NCBI GenBank assembly: GCA_050246315.1
Contig: JBFWWG010000003.1
Span: 320,001-384,000, forward strand
Reading direction: 5' to 3'
Source: Nitrospiraceae bacterium
GTDB taxonomy: Bacteria > Nitrospirota > Nitrospiria > Nitrospirales > Nitrospiraceae
DNA: 64,000 bases
Position numbers and translations under genes: made by a program. Below the pieces are notes generated by a model. It was not told the DNA's origin, made no database searches, and saw only the letters and a list, made by a program, of their open reading frames with translations. This document shows, in pieces, positions 41,099 through 52,802 of the stretch. Position 1 is the stretch's first letter. Every line of letters begins with the position of its first letter.

Positions 41099-42475
41099 AT
41101 GACCAAGCCTCGCCGACACACAGCCGCTCATCTTCAACGATGGGATCGCCGCTACGTCTGGCACCCGTTTACCCAGATGCAGGAATGGGAGCAGGAACCG
41201 CCGCTCGTCATCCAATCGGGGAAGGGCGCCTACGTGTACGACACCGACGGGCGGCGGTATCTCGACGGCGTGTCCTCCATGTGGCTCACGGTCCACGGAC
41301 ATCGACACCCGGGTCTGGACCGGGCCCTCCGGCAACAGATGAATCGGATCGCCCACAGCACGCTGCTCGGGCTCACGAGCCCGCCGGCCGTGCTCCTCGC
41401 CCGTGAGCTCGTGCGGATCGCGCCGCCGGGGCTCACGAAGGTCTTTTATTCGGACGACGGCTCGACCGCGATGGAGGTCGCGCTCAAGATGGCGCTCCAA
41501 TATTGGGAGCAACGCAAACCGACCCTCACACCCAAGAATCGGTTCCTGCATTTCAACCTCTCGTATCACGGCGATACGGCCGGCGCGATGAGCGTGGGCG
41601 GTATCGACCTGTTCCACGAACGGTACCGCGCGCTTCGGGTCCCGACCCTCACGGCCGAGCCGCCCTATTGTTATCGGTGTCCGCTCTCGTTGTCCTACCC
41701 ATCTTGCCGTCTCCGCTGCCTCGACCCTGTGGCAGCACTGCTGAAGGCACGACACCGCGAGATTGCCGCAGTCGTGATCGAGCCACTGGTCCAAGCCGCG
41801 TCGGGCATGATCACCGCGCCCCGGGGCTATCTCTCGCGAATCAGGGAACTCTGCACCCGCTACCATGTCCTTCTGATCGCAGATGAAGTGGCCACGGGAT
41901 TCGGACGGACCGGCCGACTCTTCGCCTGCGAACATGAGCGCATCACACCTGATTTGATGGCCGTCAGCAAGGGGTTGACCGGCGGCTATCTCCCCTTGGC
42001 AGCCACCCTCGCAACCGACGAAATCTACCGCGCGTTCCTCGGCCGGTATGATGAATTCAAGACGTTCTTTCACGGCCACAGCTATACCGGCAATGCGCTC
42101 GGATGCGCCGTCGCCCTGGCCAACTTGGCGGTCTTCCGGAATGAACGCACCATTCGCGCACTCCAACCTAAAATCAAAGCCTTGAGCCAACTCCTCGAAC
42201 CCTTGAACGACTGGCCGCATGTCGGCGACATTCGCCAGCAGGGCTTCATGGTGGGGATCGAATTGGTTCAAGACCGGGCCACCAAAGTGCCCTATCCGCT
42301 GGCTGAGCGGATCGGCCACCGGGTGGCGCAGGAGGCCCGCACACGGGGGCTGCTGTTGCGTCCACTCGGCAACGTCATCGTGCTGATGCCACCCCTCGCC
42401 ATCACCCTGTCCCAGTTGACCAGGCTCGTTCGGATCGCCTCCGCAAGCATTCGGACCGTCACCGCTGCAGCCTGA
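41099..42475 (+). CDS. bioA: 7,8-diaminononanoate (DAPA) aminotransferase
   Basis: WHPFTQM, DDGSTAMEVALK, YHGDT, DEVATGFGRTG, KGLTGGYLP, HGHSYTGN. Confidence 0.93.
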   Translation: MTKPRRHTAAHLQRWDRRYVWHPFTQMQEWEQEPPLVIQSGKGAYVYDTDGRRYLDGVSSMWLTVHGHRHPGLDRALRQQMNRIAHSTLLGLTSPPAVLLARELVRIAPPGLTKVFYSDDGSTAMEVALKMALQYWEQRKPTLTPKNRFLHFNLSYHGDTAGAMSVGGIDLFHERYRALRVPTLTAEPPYCYRCPLSLSYPSCRLRCLDPVAALLKARHREIAAVVIEPLVQAASGMITAPRGYLSRIRELCTRYHVLLIADEVATGFGRTGRLFACEHERITPDLMAVSKGLTGGYLPLAATLATDEIYRAFLGRYDEFKTFFHGHSYTGNALGCAVALANLAVFRNERTIRALQPKIKALSQLLEPLNDWPHVGDIRQQGFMVGIELVQDRATKVPYPLAERIGHRVAQEARTRGLLLRPLGNVIVLMPPLAITLSQLTRLVRIASASIRTVTAAA

Positions 42476-42682
42476 CCGCCTCCCGTTTCGTGCTGCGGCG
42501 GCACATCCGTGTGCCAAGTGCCACAGTCTCTGTACGAATTTCTCCGGCTGCCAGGCCGCCCTGAAGTGCGCCCCACTTGAGGGTATGGGACCATTTTCGT
42601 CCTACTCCAGCGCTTCCCCTGTCGGAGGAATCCAAACCATGCGGATTGCCGATAAGTTCCCAGGGCGACATTTTGTCGTCAT

Positions 42683-44008
42683 ATGGCGAATGCGCGGAGA
42701 CAGGCCGAGAGGGATTCAGGCTCGGAGCCAGGTGCACATCTTGCTGATACCGCTCCCGCTAGAATGGCTCCCACGGCCGATCCACAGGCCCCTCCGACCA
42801 GCGGAATACTGCTGGTCAGTCTCCTGACACTCCTGAGCGCTCTCTTGATTCCCTCGCACGCTCGGGCCTTCGGTCCCTCAAACCACATCTCAAGCCTGAC
42901 TCCTCGTAGCCTGCCTCCTTCGATCTCGGGCAACACCGTCGCGCTTCCGAATTGGTTCTCCGATCTGGTGCACGACACCACGGTCACCACCATCACCGTC
43001 ACGCCTGTCAATCCGTTTCTCCGGTTGAAGGATCTGCGTCCTGATTCCGAAATGCCCGGCAGCAACGGACTCCGTTCCTCCTCGCTCCTGCTAAGCGGCA
43101 AATTTGTCGCGGAGAGCGAACTCTCCAGAAATCTCCCCGAGAGTGCCGCGTCGATCCGCGGAGAATCCTCCGATCAGCGCATGATACGAGTCGCTCTGAT
43201 GAGCGCCGCCGGGTCAGTTCGGTACGGTCTCGCCTATCGTCTGGCCGGGAAAGAGTTCGTGAATGCGCCCGATCAGCAGGTCAAGGAACTCTGGGGGGAA
43301 TGGAGCCACGGGCATGCCAGGTTGCGCACGTCAGTTGCGGAGTTCTCCAACAATATCGACGCCGACCCCGCGCGTCCTCGCACGGCTCAGACCCAAGGCA
43401 CCATGTTACTAGCGTATGCCCGCCCATCCTGGCCGGAATTCAGCCTCAGCTATACCAGAAGTCTGATTGAAGGCTCCGGAACCGTGACGGGCCTCGTCCC
43501 GCAGAAAAGCCTGGCCGACCGGCTTGAAGGGGCGGTCGCCATCGCGCGCCCGAATTGGAACGCACGCATGTCCTCCAGCTATGTCGTCGCCAACGATCAA
43601 TTGCTGTCGAGATCGGATACCGTGTCCTACATTCAGACGATCTCAAGCACATTTCGCCCTCTTGCCCCCATCACGTTCACATCCATGTTGATGTATCGGA
43701 GCGATGTCCAAGACTGGACTGGGGTGCGAATCCATCAGCCGACGGCCTCTTTCTCGATCACCTATGACTGCGCCGCGCAGATCCGATTCAGCGCGCTCGG
43801 CGGGTACGCCAGCACCCGCTCCAGCGACGGCCTTATCGACAACGAAAGTCTGAACAGCAAAGGCATCCTCACTTGGTATCCTCTCGACACCAGGCTGGCG
43901 CAGGTATCGTTCGAAACCGGTTACAGTCGCACGATCATCGGCGGCAGCGTTCAGATGATGACGGAAGATATATCGGGATTGGTGAAGTTCAAACTGAGGA
44001 CGAACTAA
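42683..44008 (+). CDS. Exported protein, probable outer-membrane beta-barrel; start uncertain
   Basis: Signal-like LLVSLLTLLSALLIPSHARA; many alternating beta-strand segments (FSLSYTRS, ASFSITY, VSFETGY, GLVKFKL). Confidence 0.6.
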   Translation: MANARRQAERDSGSEPGAHLADTAPARMAPTADPQAPPTSGILLVSLLTLLSALLIPSHARAFGPSNHISSLTPRSLPPSISGNTVALPNWFSDLVHDTTVTTITVTPVNPFLRLKDLRPDSEMPGSNGLRSSSLLLSGKFVAESELSRNLPESAASIRGESSDQRMIRVALMSAAGSVRYGLAYRLAGKEFVNAPDQQVKELWGEWSHGHARLRTSVAEFSNNIDADPARPRTAQTQGTMLLAYARPSWPEFSLSYTRSLIEGSGTVTGLVPQKSLADRLEGAVAIARPNWNARMSSSYVVANDQLLSRSDTVSYIQTISSTFRPLAPITFTSMLMYRSDVQDWTGVRIHQPTASFSITYDCAAQIRFSALGGYASTRSSDGLIDNESLNSKGILTWYPLDTRLAQVSFETGYSRTIIGGSVQMMTEDISGLVKFKLRTN

Positions 44009-44016
44009 CCCGCAAC

Positions 44017-44064
44017 CTCGGCGGCTCAGTTGCTCGGCGGCTCAGTTGCTCGGCGGCTCTGTTG
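44017..44064. repeat. Tandem repeat, 3 x 16 bp CTCGGCGGCTC(A/T)GTTG
   Basis: Read directly from the sequence. Confidence 0.9.
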
Positions 44065-44150
44065 GAGGACCGTCGCATACACCCTTTCGCCAGACACTGC
44101 TCGGCTCGCGGTAAGCGCGCCCACCCGTCCCTTCGCGCATAATGAGCCGA

Positions 44151-44957
44151 TCACGACACCTCAATCGTCTCGCCGACTCTGATGTCCAGCGCCGTGGCAG
44201 CGCTACCTTCCTTGAGAAAAATCTCGACCTGACCGTTGCTGTTGATGAGGGCGCGGGGAGCCGCTGGCTCACCGTCCTCGTAATTCGCCGCCAGCCCCGT
44301 CGTGGTAAGAGTCCCGAGGCGAATGCGCAGGTCTTCAACCGAAGTTTTGGTGATACCGGAGATTTCCCGCAGGTGGTAGCGCGTCAGGTTGGAAATCAGA
44401 TTCCCGAACCGGTCGATGTACACAACCCGGCCACGCAAGACCCCGCCCCGAACCTCGGGTTGGTTGAGCGGCAATGTGACAAAGTCTTGCACGAGCCGGC
44501 CGTAGGAGCCGGGTTGCTGTCCCCGCGTCAACCACCCGGCCGAAGGTGCAAACAGATCGCGCCCGTCGAAAGTCGCGCCTTCGGAATCCAACCGGTACTG
44601 TTTGTTCTCGATTTGCCGAACCTCGACTCCGACCTCGTCGTTCAGCACATAGGTCAGCAAGCCATTGTCGGGCGCCAGAAAGTGGAACCGAGAACTCGTC
44701 GCCAACAGCGGACGCCGTGTCGTGCCGACCCCGGGATCGACGACCGCCACATGAACGGTGCCCTCCGGGAAGTAGTGATAGGACGATTTGAGCAGATAGG
44801 CGGCTTCCTCAATGTTGTGGGGAGTGACGTGGTGGGACAGATCGACAATCCGGGCCTGTGGATTGATGCCCAGAATCACACCTTTCATGCTCGCGACGAA
44901 ACAATCACGGTCTCCGAAATCCGTGAGCAGCGTCACGACCGAGATCGCCTGCGGCAT
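44151..44957 (-). CDS. SAM hydroxide adenosyltransferase (DUF62; chlorinase/fluorinase family)
   Basis: LLTDFG, VVDPGVGT.R, APDNGLL, TFDGRDLFAP, IDRFGNL. Confidence 0.9.
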   Translation of the reverse strand: MPQAISVVTLLTDFGDRDCFVASMKGVILGINPQARIVDLSHHVTPHNIEEAAYLLKSSYHYFPEGTVHVAVVDPGVGTTRRPLLATSSRFHFLAPDNGLLTYVLNDEVGVEVRQIENKQYRLDSEGATFDGRDLFAPSAGWLTRGQQPGSYGRLVQDFVTLPLNQPEVRGGVLRGRVVYIDRFGNLISNLTRYHLREISGITKTSVEDLRIRLGTLTTTGLAANYEDGEPAAPRALINSNGQVEIFLKEGSAATALDIRVGETIEVS

Positions 44958-44958
44958 C

Positions 44959-45435
44959 TCACACGTCCTCGAACCGGATCTCGAGTACCTCGTATTCGAC
45001 GACCCGGACCGGGGTCGTCACCTCGACCAGTTCCCCCACTCGCTTCCCGATCAGCGCGCGCCCGACCGGCGATTGTACCGAAATCTTGCCGTCCTTCAGA
45101 TCGGCCTCATCCTGGCCGACCAGCATGTATTGCTTTTTCTGCTGGGATTCCTGCTCGACGACGACCACCGTCGCGCCGAACACGATGGTCTCGCTCGTGC
45201 GTCCCGAAATCTCCACGATGCGCGCATCGGCCAGCTTGCGCTCGATCTCCGCAATCCGAGCTTCGATGAACCCCTGCCGCTCTTTCGCGGCATCGTATTC
45301 GGCGTTCTCACTCAAATCTCCGTGTCCGCGCGCCTCGGCGATGGCCTCGATGACCTTCGGTCGTTCGACCTTCCGCAATCGATCCAGTTCCGCCTTGAGC
45401 GCTTCGTACCCTTTCTTGGTGATCGGTGTCGGCAT
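44959..45435 (-). CDS. greA: Transcription elongation factor GreA
   Basis: [23 protein letters not shown]. Confidence 0.96.
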   Translation of the reverse strand: MPTPITKKGYEALKAELDRLRKVERPKVIEAIAEARGHGDLSENAEYDAAKERQGFIEARIAEIERKLADARIVEISGRTSETIVFGATVVVVEQESQQKKQYMLVGQDEADLKDGKISVQSPVGRALIGKRVGELVEVTTPVRVVEYEVLEIRFEDV

Positions 45436-45450
45436 ATCGGTCCTACATCC

Positions 45451-48400
45451 CTAGTTCGTGGTGTGATGATGGTATTCCTGGAGAGAACAAATCGACAACG
45501 GCCGCTGGATCTCCGCCTCGATTCCCATGACCGCCGCCAGCGCGCCCCGCATGGTCGTAAAGTACGGCACCCCCCGATGCAGTGCCTCCCGGCGGATCGA
45601 CAAGGAATCGGCCTTGGCGGACACGCTTCCAACGGTATTGACCACCAAGCTGATCTCCCCGTTCTTGATGTGATCGACGATGTGCGGCCGTCCTTCATGG
45701 ACCTTGTTGACGGTCTGGACGTCAAGGCCTCGCTCACGGAGAAACCGGGCCGTGCCGTCCGTCGCTTCAAGCCGGAATCCGAGCATCAACAGTCGGCGCG
45801 CCACTTCCAGCAGCAGGCGGCGGTCGCGCTGCGTGACACTCAGGAATGCCGTGCCCCGACGCGGCAGCGGCGCGTTAGCCGCACTCTGCGACTTGGCGAA
45901 GGCCCATCCAAAGTCCGCATCGATCCCCATGACTTCGCCGGTGGATTTCATCTCCGGTCCCAGCAAGACATCGACCCCCGCGAACTTACTGAAGGGAAAG
46001 ACGGCTTCCTTGACCGACACATAGCCGGGCGTACGCGCCGCAGTGAAACCAAGATCCTCAAGCGTCCGACCGACCATGAGTTTCATCGCAAGCTTCGCCA
46101 AGGGTACGCCGATAGCCTTGCTCACGAACGGCACGGTCCGTGAGGCACGCGGGTTCACCTCAAGGACGTACACCTGTTCGCCCTTCACCGCGAACTGCGC
46201 GTTCATGAGTCCGACCACGCCGAGTTCCAGCGCCAAGGCCGTCATTTGCCGTTCGATCTCTGCAACCACCGACGGCGGCAAGGTATAGGGCGGCAGAGAA
46301 CAGGCGGAGTCGCCCGAATGGACGCCGGCTTCTTCGATATGTTCCATGATGCCGGCCACCACCACCCTGGTGCCGTCGGAGATGGCGTCCGCATCGACCT
46401 CGATGGCGTCATCGAGGTACTTGTCGATCAGCACCGGATGGCTCCCAGACGACTGCACAGCCGACGTCATGTAGGTCAAGAGGCCCGCGTCATCATAGAC
46501 GATCTGCATGGCTCGCCCCCCCAGCACATACGAGGGACGCACCATCACCGGATAGCCGATCCGTTGCGCCACCCGGCGCGCCTCGTCCGCCGACCGGGCC
46601 ATCCCGCTGTCCGCCTGTTTGAGACCGAGCTTCATCAGTAGATCTCGAAATCGCTCCCGGTCCTCGGCTCGATCGATCGCATCAGGACCGGTACCGAGAA
46701 TCTGCACGCCCGCACGAGCCAGCGGCACCGACAGTTTGAGCGGTGTCTGGCCGCCGAACTGCACCACGATGCCCATGGGCTGTTCTCGTTCCACGATGTT
46801 CAACACATCCTCCTCGGTCAACGGCTCAAAATACAGCCGGTCGGAGGTGTCGTAATCCGTGCTGACGGTCTCCGGGTTACAGTTGACCATGATCGTCTGT
46901 ACGCCTTCTTCCCGCAAGGCCATGGCGGCATGCACGCAGCAATAGTCAAATTCGATTCCCTGCCCGATTCGATTGGGACCGCCACCGAGAATCATGACCT
47001 TTCTTCCGTTCGTCGGTCGCGCCTCGCATTCCTGCCCGTAGGTCGAGTAGAGATACGGCGTATGGGCCTCGAACTCCGCGGCACACGTATCCACCCGCTT
47101 GTACACCACACGACGACCCGACACGACCTCCATCTGCCCCGTACGGACGGCCCGCACAAGGGCAGCGTTGACTCCTACAAGCGTGGCGATGCGCTCGTCG
47201 GCGAAGCCCTGCTCCTTCGCCATCGCCAAATGCTCGATGGCCGCCGTTGACAGATGCGGCGCTCCCGCCGCCGTCGCCTCGACGGCGGCCCAGGATGCGG
47301 TATCCTGCACCAGTACGCCCTCGAAGCCGATGAGGTCCCCAAGTTGATCTAGGAACCATGGATCGATCTGGGTCAGGGCGAACAATTCCTCCGCGCTCAT
47401 CCCCAATCGCAGGCCATCCGCCACCCGCCACAGGCGGTCAGGATGGGGCGTCCGCAGGGACGCCACCACTTGCTCTTTGGCCGTCGCGCGGTCCAGGCCG
47501 GGCGGCAGGCCCCGATCCCATCCGTAGCGCGAGACCAACCCATACCGATCCACTTCGAGGGAGCGCACCGCCTTGAGCATCGCTTCGCGAAAGGTCCGCC
47601 CGATCGCCATCGCTTCTCCGACCGATTTCATCTGCGTGGTCAACGTCGGATCGGCGCCGGGAAACTTCTGAAACGCAAACCGCGGAATCTTCACCACGAC
47701 ATAATCAATCGTCGGTTCGAAGGAGGCCTTGGTGACCGTCGTGATGTCGTTCGTAATTTCGTCCAACGTATACCCGACGGCGAGCTTCGCCGCGATCTTC
47801 GCGATCGGGAACCCAGTGGCCTTGGACGCCAGCGCGGAGCTTCGCGACACGCGGGGATTCATCTCGATGACGACGAGTTCGCCGTTCTGCGGATTGACAC
47901 CGAACTGGATATTGGACCCGCCGGTATCCACCCCGATTTCCCGGATGATCCGCACGGCCGCGTCTCGCATCCGCTGGTATTCCTTGTCCGTAAGCGTCAT
48001 CGCGGGGGCCACCGTGATGCTGTCGCCGGTGTGGACGCCCATCGGGTCGAAATTCTCGATCGGGCACACGATCACGACGTTATCCTTAAGGTCGCGCATC
48101 ACCTCAAGCTCATACTCCTTCCACCCGATTACGGACTGCTCGACCAACACTTCACCCACCGGGCTCATCGCCAGCCCCCAGTCCACCACCCGCTCGAACT
48201 CCTCCCGGTTGTACGCGATGTTGCCGCCGGTTCCCCCCAAGGTGAAGGAGGGCCGGACGATCGCAGGAAAGCCGACCTCGGTCAGGATCTGTAACGCCTG
48301 GTCGCGCGACTTGGCGACCCCGCTTGTCGGCGTCGCCAGTCCGATCCGTCGCATCGCCTGCTTGAACGCATCGCGGTCCTCGGCTTTGTGAATCGCTTCA

Positions 48401-48759
48401 GCCGAAGCCCCGATCAGGCGGACTCCGAACTGCTTCAGCACGCCGGAACGGACGAGTTCCATCGTGACGTTGAGGGCTGTTTGGCCCCCCATCGTCGGCA
48501 ACAACGCGTCCGGCCGCTCGCGTTCAATCACCTGAGCCACCACCGCGGGGGTGATGGGCTCCACATAGGTCCGATTGGCCAGTTCCGGGTCCGTCATGAT
48601 CGTGGCCGGATTACTGTTGATCAGGACCACGCGATAGCCCTCTTCTCGCAGGGCCTTACAGGCCTGCGTTCCGGAATAGTCGAATTCGCAGGCCTGGCCG
48701 ATGATGATCGGGCCGGAGCCGATCAGGAGGACGGTCTTGATGTCGGTTCGTCTAGGCAC
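45451..48759 (-). CDS. carB: Carbamoyl-phosphate synthase large subunit
   Basis: [37 protein letters not shown] domain. Confidence 0.98.
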   Translation of the reverse strand: MPRRTDIKTVLLIGSGPIIIGQACEFDYSGTQACKALREEGYRVVLINSNPATIMTDPELANRTYVEPITPAVVAQVIERERPDALLPTMGGQTALNVTMELVRSGVLKQFGVRLIGASAEAIHKAEDRDAFKQAMRRIGLATPTSGVAKSRDQALQILTEVGFPAIVRPSFTLGGTGGNIAYNREEFERVVDWGLAMSPVGEVLVEQSVIGWKEYELEVMRDLKDNVVIVCPIENFDPMGVHTGDSITVAPAMTLTDKEYQRMRDAAVRIIREIGVDTGGSNIQFGVNPQNGELVVIEMNPRVSRSSALASKATGFPIAKIAAKLAVGYTLDEITNDITTVTKASFEPTIDYVVVKIPRFAFQKFPGADPTLTTQMKSVGEAMAIGRTFREAMLKAVRSLEVDRYGLVSRYGWDRGLPPGLDRATAKEQVVASLRTPHPDRLWRVADGLRLGMSAEELFALTQIDPWFLDQLGDLIGFEGVLVQDTASWAAVEATAAGAPHLSTAAIEHLAMAKEQGFADERIATLVGVNAALVRAVRTGQMEVVSGRRVVYKRVDTCAAEFEAHTPYLYSTYGQECEARPTNGRKVMILGGGPNRIGQGIEFDYCCVHAAMALREEGVQTIMVNCNPETVSTDYDTSDRLYFEPLTEEDVLNIVEREQPMGIVVQFGGQTPLKLSVPLARAGVQILGTGPDAIDRAEDRERFRDLLMKLGLKQADSGMARSADEARRVAQRIGYPVMVRPSYVLGGRAMQIVYDDAGLLTYMTSAVQSSGSHPVLIDKYLDDAIEVDADAISDGTRVVVAGIMEHIEEAGVHSGDSACSLPPYTLPPSVVAEIERQMTALALELGVVGLMNAQFAVKGEQVYVLEVNPRASRTVPFVSKAIGVPLAKLAMKLMVGRTLEDLGFTAARTPGYVSVKEAVFPFSKFAGVDVLLGPEMKSTGEVMGIDADFGWAFAKSQSAANAPLPRRGTAFLSVTQRDRRLLLEVARRLLMLGFRLEATDGTARFLRERGLDVQTVNKVHEGRPHIVDHIKNGEISLVVNTVGSVSAKADSLSIRREALHRGVPYFTTMRGALAAVMGIEAEIQRPLSICSLQEYHHHTTN

Positions 48760-48783
48760 GAGCGGGTCTCCTCGTCAAACGGT

Positions 48784-49722
48784 TCATCCGTAGTGCGGCG
48801 GCGACGTGATAATTGGCGGCAGCTTGATCGGCTCGGACGGAAGCGGCTCGCCCCCGTCCGGCCGGTAATGCCGGAGCGCGTCCGGCATCCAGGCTTCGAT
48901 CTGGTTCATGCGGGTGACGTCCGACGGGTGCGTGGACAAAAACTCAGGGATTGCCGCTGCGGACCGAAAACAAAGTTTGTCGATCATGTTGCGAGGGCAC
49001 CCGCTCATCCGTTCCCAAAAGGGTAGGGCCTCGCGCGGATCGTACCCGGCCTGTGCCATCAGTCTCAGCCCGATATAATCCGCCTCGGATTCCTGTTTGC
49101 GGTTGAACGGCAGGGAGACGCCCACCCCGTATGCGCTCTGGAGTCCGATCATGGCACCCGGCGGAACCGCGCCCGTCGCCGCGGCGGCGATTGTCCCGAG
49201 GGCCGCGATCTGCTCCAATACGCCCCGGCTCATCCGTTCGGCTCCGTGTCGTTGCAGCGCATGGGCGACTTCATGCCCCATGACGGTAGCCAGCCCCTCT
49301 TCCGACTGCGTGTACTTAAGCAGTCCCGTGAAGACCGCCACCTTGCCGCCGGGCAGACAGAATGCGTTCGCGATCCGGTCCTCTTGAATAACCGCGAATT
49401 CCCAATGGTACTCCGGCTTGTTGGCAACCTTCGCGATCCGCTCCCCGACTCGATGGATCAGCTCGTTCTTCTCCACGCTGGGACTCAGCGGCGCTCCCCG
49501 CAGCACATCGCGAAAGGCGGCCGTACCCATCGCCATTTCCTTCTCCTCGGAAATAAAAATGAGTTGATCGCGGGCCGTGCCCGGAGCTTTATAACAGCTC
49601 TGTAGACTCCCAAGTGACACCCCGGCGGCGCAGCAGGCCGCCGTCCGGGCGAGCAGCCCGAGCATGGCGCGCCGATTCAGCGGAGTCGTCAACCACGATT
49701 CCAGTCCGTGCTCGGTTTCCAT
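48784..49722 (-). CDS. M48-family zinc metallopeptidase, probable (Tat) lipoprotein
   Basis: NRR signal, NAFCLPGG, HEVAH, ESEAD, FLSTHP. Confidence 0.9.
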   Translation of the reverse strand: METEHGLESWLTTPLNRRAMLGLLARTAACCAAGVSLGSLQSCYKAPGTARDQLIFISEEKEMAMGTAAFRDVLRGAPLSPSVEKNELIHRVGERIAKVANKPEYHWEFAVIQEDRIANAFCLPGGKVAVFTGLLKYTQSEEGLATVMGHEVAHALQRHGAERMSRGVLEQIAALGTIAAAATGAVPPGAMIGLQSAYGVGVSLPFNRKQESEADYIGLRLMAQAGYDPREALPFWERMSGCPRNMIDKLCFRSAAAIPEFLSTHPSDVTRMNQIEAWMPDALRHYRPDGGEPLPSEPIKLPPIITSPPHYG

Positions 49723-49857
49723 TGCTCTGCTGTCACCTCTCGGTACACCATCTCCCGGCCGAACGACTTTCTCGCCTCTCGGCCTTGGCGCTCGTCCGAC
49801 TCATGTGAATTTAAGTCAGCGGGTCGCTTCCGGCGGCTCCGACCTAGCGGTCTTCGT

Positions 49858-50074
49858 CCACATGATTCATGATGGTTCGTAACGAAACCGCCGAGACGCC
49901 AAGTGCTGGATCCATTGCATAGAGAAGCGCAATGGATACCTCCACGAGGGGCGAGCCTGCCCGTTTGGGAGCCAAGAACGCGCTCCCGATCTCGTCGCAG
50001 CCGGAGCACCTGTTGCTTCTTGGCGGCAACGTGTCGCACGGCTGTTGCAGCAGAAGCATTCATGAATCATGTGG
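49858..50074. mobile_element. 217-bp MITE-like element with perfect 15-bp terminal inverted repeats
   Basis: CCACATGATTCATGA (49858-49872) and TCATGAATCATGTGG (50060-50074); internal hairpins; GT on both flanks. Confidence 0.6.
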
Positions 50075-50075
50075 G

Positions 50076-51038
50076 TTAGGGCATCCAGAGATACATGAAT
50101 TGCGGCGTCCCGCCTCGTACCAATGTAAAGAGGTCCAACGAAGGAAAGGTCGGCCACGCCCCCGGGTCACCGGACAAACGAGAATAGATATTATTCCGAT
50201 ACTCCCCCGGCCGGCGATAGGTGACCACTCGAACGTTCGAGACCTTGGCCCGTTTCTTGGCGAGATCCACCGCATCGTCGAGATACCCGATCGCATCGAT
50301 CAAGCCCGCCTCTTTCGCCTGCTCACCCGTGTAAATTCGGCCGTCCGCCAACTTGCGGATCTGCTCGGCGGAAAGATTCGGTCGGCCCTCCTGAATCACG
50401 GTGAGAAATCGGTGATAAAGCTGATCGATCACGCCCTGAAATATCTCCCGCTCCTCAGGGCTCATGGCGCGGAACGGAGAGCCCATGTCCTTGCGCGGTC
50501 CCGACGTCACGGCATTGGCCTCCACCCCGACCTTTTCCAGCAGGCCGCGGGCATTGACCGTCAACATGATGACGCCCAAACTCCCGGTGACCGACGAAGG
50601 ATGCGCCATGATGGTATCCGCCGCGGCTGCCACGTAATACCCTCCAGAGGCGCCCACGTCCACAATCGAGGCCACAACCGGCACTTTCTTTTGTCGCTTA
50701 AAGCTAAGGATTTCGTGATACAGGATGTCCGAAGCCGTGACCGTTCCACCTGGGCTGTTGATGCGCAGAAGCAGGCCTTTGATTCGGTCGTCCTTCGCCG
50801 CCAACTCCAGTTGCTCCTTCAGCTCTGAGAGCATGCTGGGCTGGCTGATAAACCCTTCTTTCTCTTGTGAGCTGATCACGCCGGAGAGATCCACCAGGAG
50901 AATTTTATCCTTACCCGTCCCGCTTAAGACTTCCTCCTTCAACGGTCCCGGACCGGGAGGCAGATTGATCGTCACGCATCCCGCCAACGACGCGAACCAG
51001 ACCACCAACACGATCGGCACGAACAGACTCCTAGCCAT
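50076..51038 (-). CDS. sppA: Signal peptide peptidase (S49)
   Basis: LAGC lipobox, RINSPGG, ASGGYY, GSLGV, DGRIYTG. Confidence 0.92.
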   Translation of the reverse strand: MARSLFVPIVLVVWFASLAGCVTINLPPGPGPLKEEVLSGTGKDKILLVDLSGVISSQEKEGFISQPSMLSELKEQLELAAKDDRIKGLLLRINSPGGTVTASDILYHEILSFKRQKKVPVVASIVDVGASGGYYVAAAADTIMAHPSSVTGSLGVIMLTVNARGLLEKVGVEANAVTSGPRKDMGSPFRAMSPEEREIFQGVIDQLYHRFLTVIQEGRPNLSAEQIRKLADGRIYTGEQAKEAGLIDAIGYLDDAVDLAKKRAKVSNVRVVTYRRPGEYRNNIYSRLSGDPGAWPTFPSLDLFTLVRGGTPQFMYLWMP

Positions 51039-52224
51039 GGTGCTTCTCCATCATCTGAGTGAATTCCTGAAACAGGTGGGCGGAGTCGTGCGGGCCAGGC
51101 GAGGCCTCCGGATGGTATTGAACCGAAAAGACCGGCTGATCCAGCCCGACCAACCCCTCGACAGAGCCGTCGTTTAAACTACAATGGCTGATCTGAACCC
51201 GTCCCAACGCCGTATCCACCACGCGCGCGAGGTCCTGCGCCACCGCCCCCGGCGCCTGCACTGCAAAATTATGGTTTTGAGAGGTGATTTCAACCGTGCG
51301 GGTCCTCAGGTCCATGACCGGATGATTGGCTCCGTGATGGCCGAATTTCAGCTTGTAGGTTCTCAACCCCATCGCTAAGCCGACTAGTTGGTGGCCGAGG
51401 CAGATGCCCATCAACGGCCGTCGCCCGATCAATGCCTTGACCGCTGCGCTCGCATAGGGAACGCCTTCCGGATCACCCGGTCCGTTGGAGAGCACCACCC
51501 CGTCCGGATTCAATCGCAGCACCTCCGCCGCCGGCGTCGCGGCCGGCACGACCGTCACGGCACAGCCGACGTCGACTAACCGGCGCAGGATGTTTTGCTT
51601 GACACCGAAATCATAGACCACCACCCGATATCGGCCCGTTCGAGCCAACTTCATGCGTGGCGCCTGACCTCGCGCGCCTCCCTCCGGCTCATCCGGGCGC
51701 CAAGGATCGGACCCCTCGGTCCACTCGTAGGCACGATCGCAGGTGACTTCCTTGACCAGGTCGCGTCCCACGATGTTTAGGGCGGAACCGGCCTTCACAA
51801 CAAGTCGCTCTGCATCAAGCTCAAGATGGGAGATGACCGCCTGCTGCGCTCCCTGCTCGCGCAAATGCCGCGTGAGGGCCCGCGTATCGATGCCTTGAAT
51901 GCCGACGACGCGCGCCTCACGCAGGTACGCATCCAACGACTGGTGGCTGCGCCAATTGCTCGGCTGCCGGCTGCCTTCCGTCACCACAAATCCCTCCGTC
52001 CAGACTCTGCGGGATTCCACATCCTCCCTGGCAACGCCATAATTCCCGATGTGGGGACAGGTCATTGTGACGATCTGTCCTTTATAGGAGGGATCCGTCA
52101 GGATCTCCTGGTACCCGGTCATGGCCGTGTTGAAGACGACTTCGCCGATCGTCTCCCCTTCGTGTCCGAGCGCCAGTCCCCGAAAGACCGTTCCATCCGC
52201 TAACGCCAACATGGCCGGTTTCAT
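51031..52224 (-). CDS. carA: Carbamoyl-phosphate synthase small subunit
   Basis: [38 protein letters not shown]. Confidence 0.97.
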   Translation of the reverse strand: MKPAMLALADGTVFRGLALGHEGETIGEVVFNTAMTGYQEILTDPSYKGQIVTMTCPHIGNYGVAREDVESRRVWTEGFVVTEGSRQPSNWRSHQSLDAYLREARVVGIQGIDTRALTRHLREQGAQQAVISHLELDAERLVVKAGSALNIVGRDLVKEVTCDRAYEWTEGSDPWRPDEPEGGARGQAPRMKLARTGRYRVVVYDFGVKQNILRRLVDVGCAVTVVPAATPAAEVLRLNPDGVVLSNGPGDPEGVPYASAAVKALIGRRPLMGICLGHQLVGLAMGLRTYKLKFGHHGANHPVMDLRTRTVEITSQNHNFAVQAPGAVAQDLARVVDTALGRVQISHCSLNDGSVEGLVGLDQPVFSVQYHPEASPGPHDSAHLFQEFTQMMEKHHG

Positions 52225-52802
52225 AACGCCACCGTGATCGTCGATGAGGGCCGGCCCGCCGGATGCGCCGTCGACAACCATGTCCGAACTTTGACGACCA
52301 TCAGCGCCACCCCTGCACTCAAATTCACCAGGTACAGGGGCCGCGCGACCGTATGAGTCATGAAAAAGAAGGAGTCCCAGGCCGATTTTCGCGTGGCCTC
52401 GTCCTTCGCCGTAAAGGCCTGTTCTTGGAGCGCCATCGCGGCCGGATGGAGCCACAGGCCAATGAGGAGCGCGAGCACGATCATCCCGAGCGTCAAGATT
52501 ACCTCCGCCTTTCCCGGAGCCAGCAATGGCTCCTCGATCCTCCGATTGAGTCGAATTCGCCCACCTGTCGCCACTCCAAGGCACAACAGGCACGCCAGCG
52601 TGGCCCAACTATAGCCGCTGAAGACCCTCGTCAGAAATCGACCACCCGGTTCCGTGCCCCCGAACGAATTGAACACCGCGGGGATCACGTCTGCAATGAT
52701 GATGATGAGTCCGCCGATCCAAACGGCCAGTGAGAGCATTTCCACCGTGGCGCAGAGCACCAACAGTCGCCACCGCAGCGGTGTCCATGCCTCAGGGGTC
52801 AT
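52221..52802 (-). CDS. Four-helix membrane protein (DUF4149-like)
   Basis: VWIGG...PAVF, four hydrophobic segments; overlaps both neighbours. Confidence 0.7.
   Translation of the reverse strand: MTPEAWTPLRWRLLVLCATVEMLSLAVWIGGLIIIIADVIPAVFNSFGGTEPGGRFLTRVFSGYSWATLACLLCLGVATGGRIRLNRRIEEPLLAPGKAEVILTLGMIVLALLIGLWLHPAAMALQEQAFTAKDEATRKSAWDSFFFMTHTVARPLYLVNLSAGVALMVVKVRTWLSTAHPAGRPSSTITVAL

Noticed and set aside
44017..44064. CRISPR-like array
   Set aside because: Units are contiguous with no spacers and there are no cas genes; the 12.4-12.9 kb repeats are also irregular and not CRISPR-like
44151..44957. Fluorinase/chlorinase (halogenation pathway)
   Set aside because: Housekeeping context next to greA and no biosynthetic cluster; the common DUF62 hydrolase-type assignment is more likely, although TFDGRD replaces the usual TFHGRD
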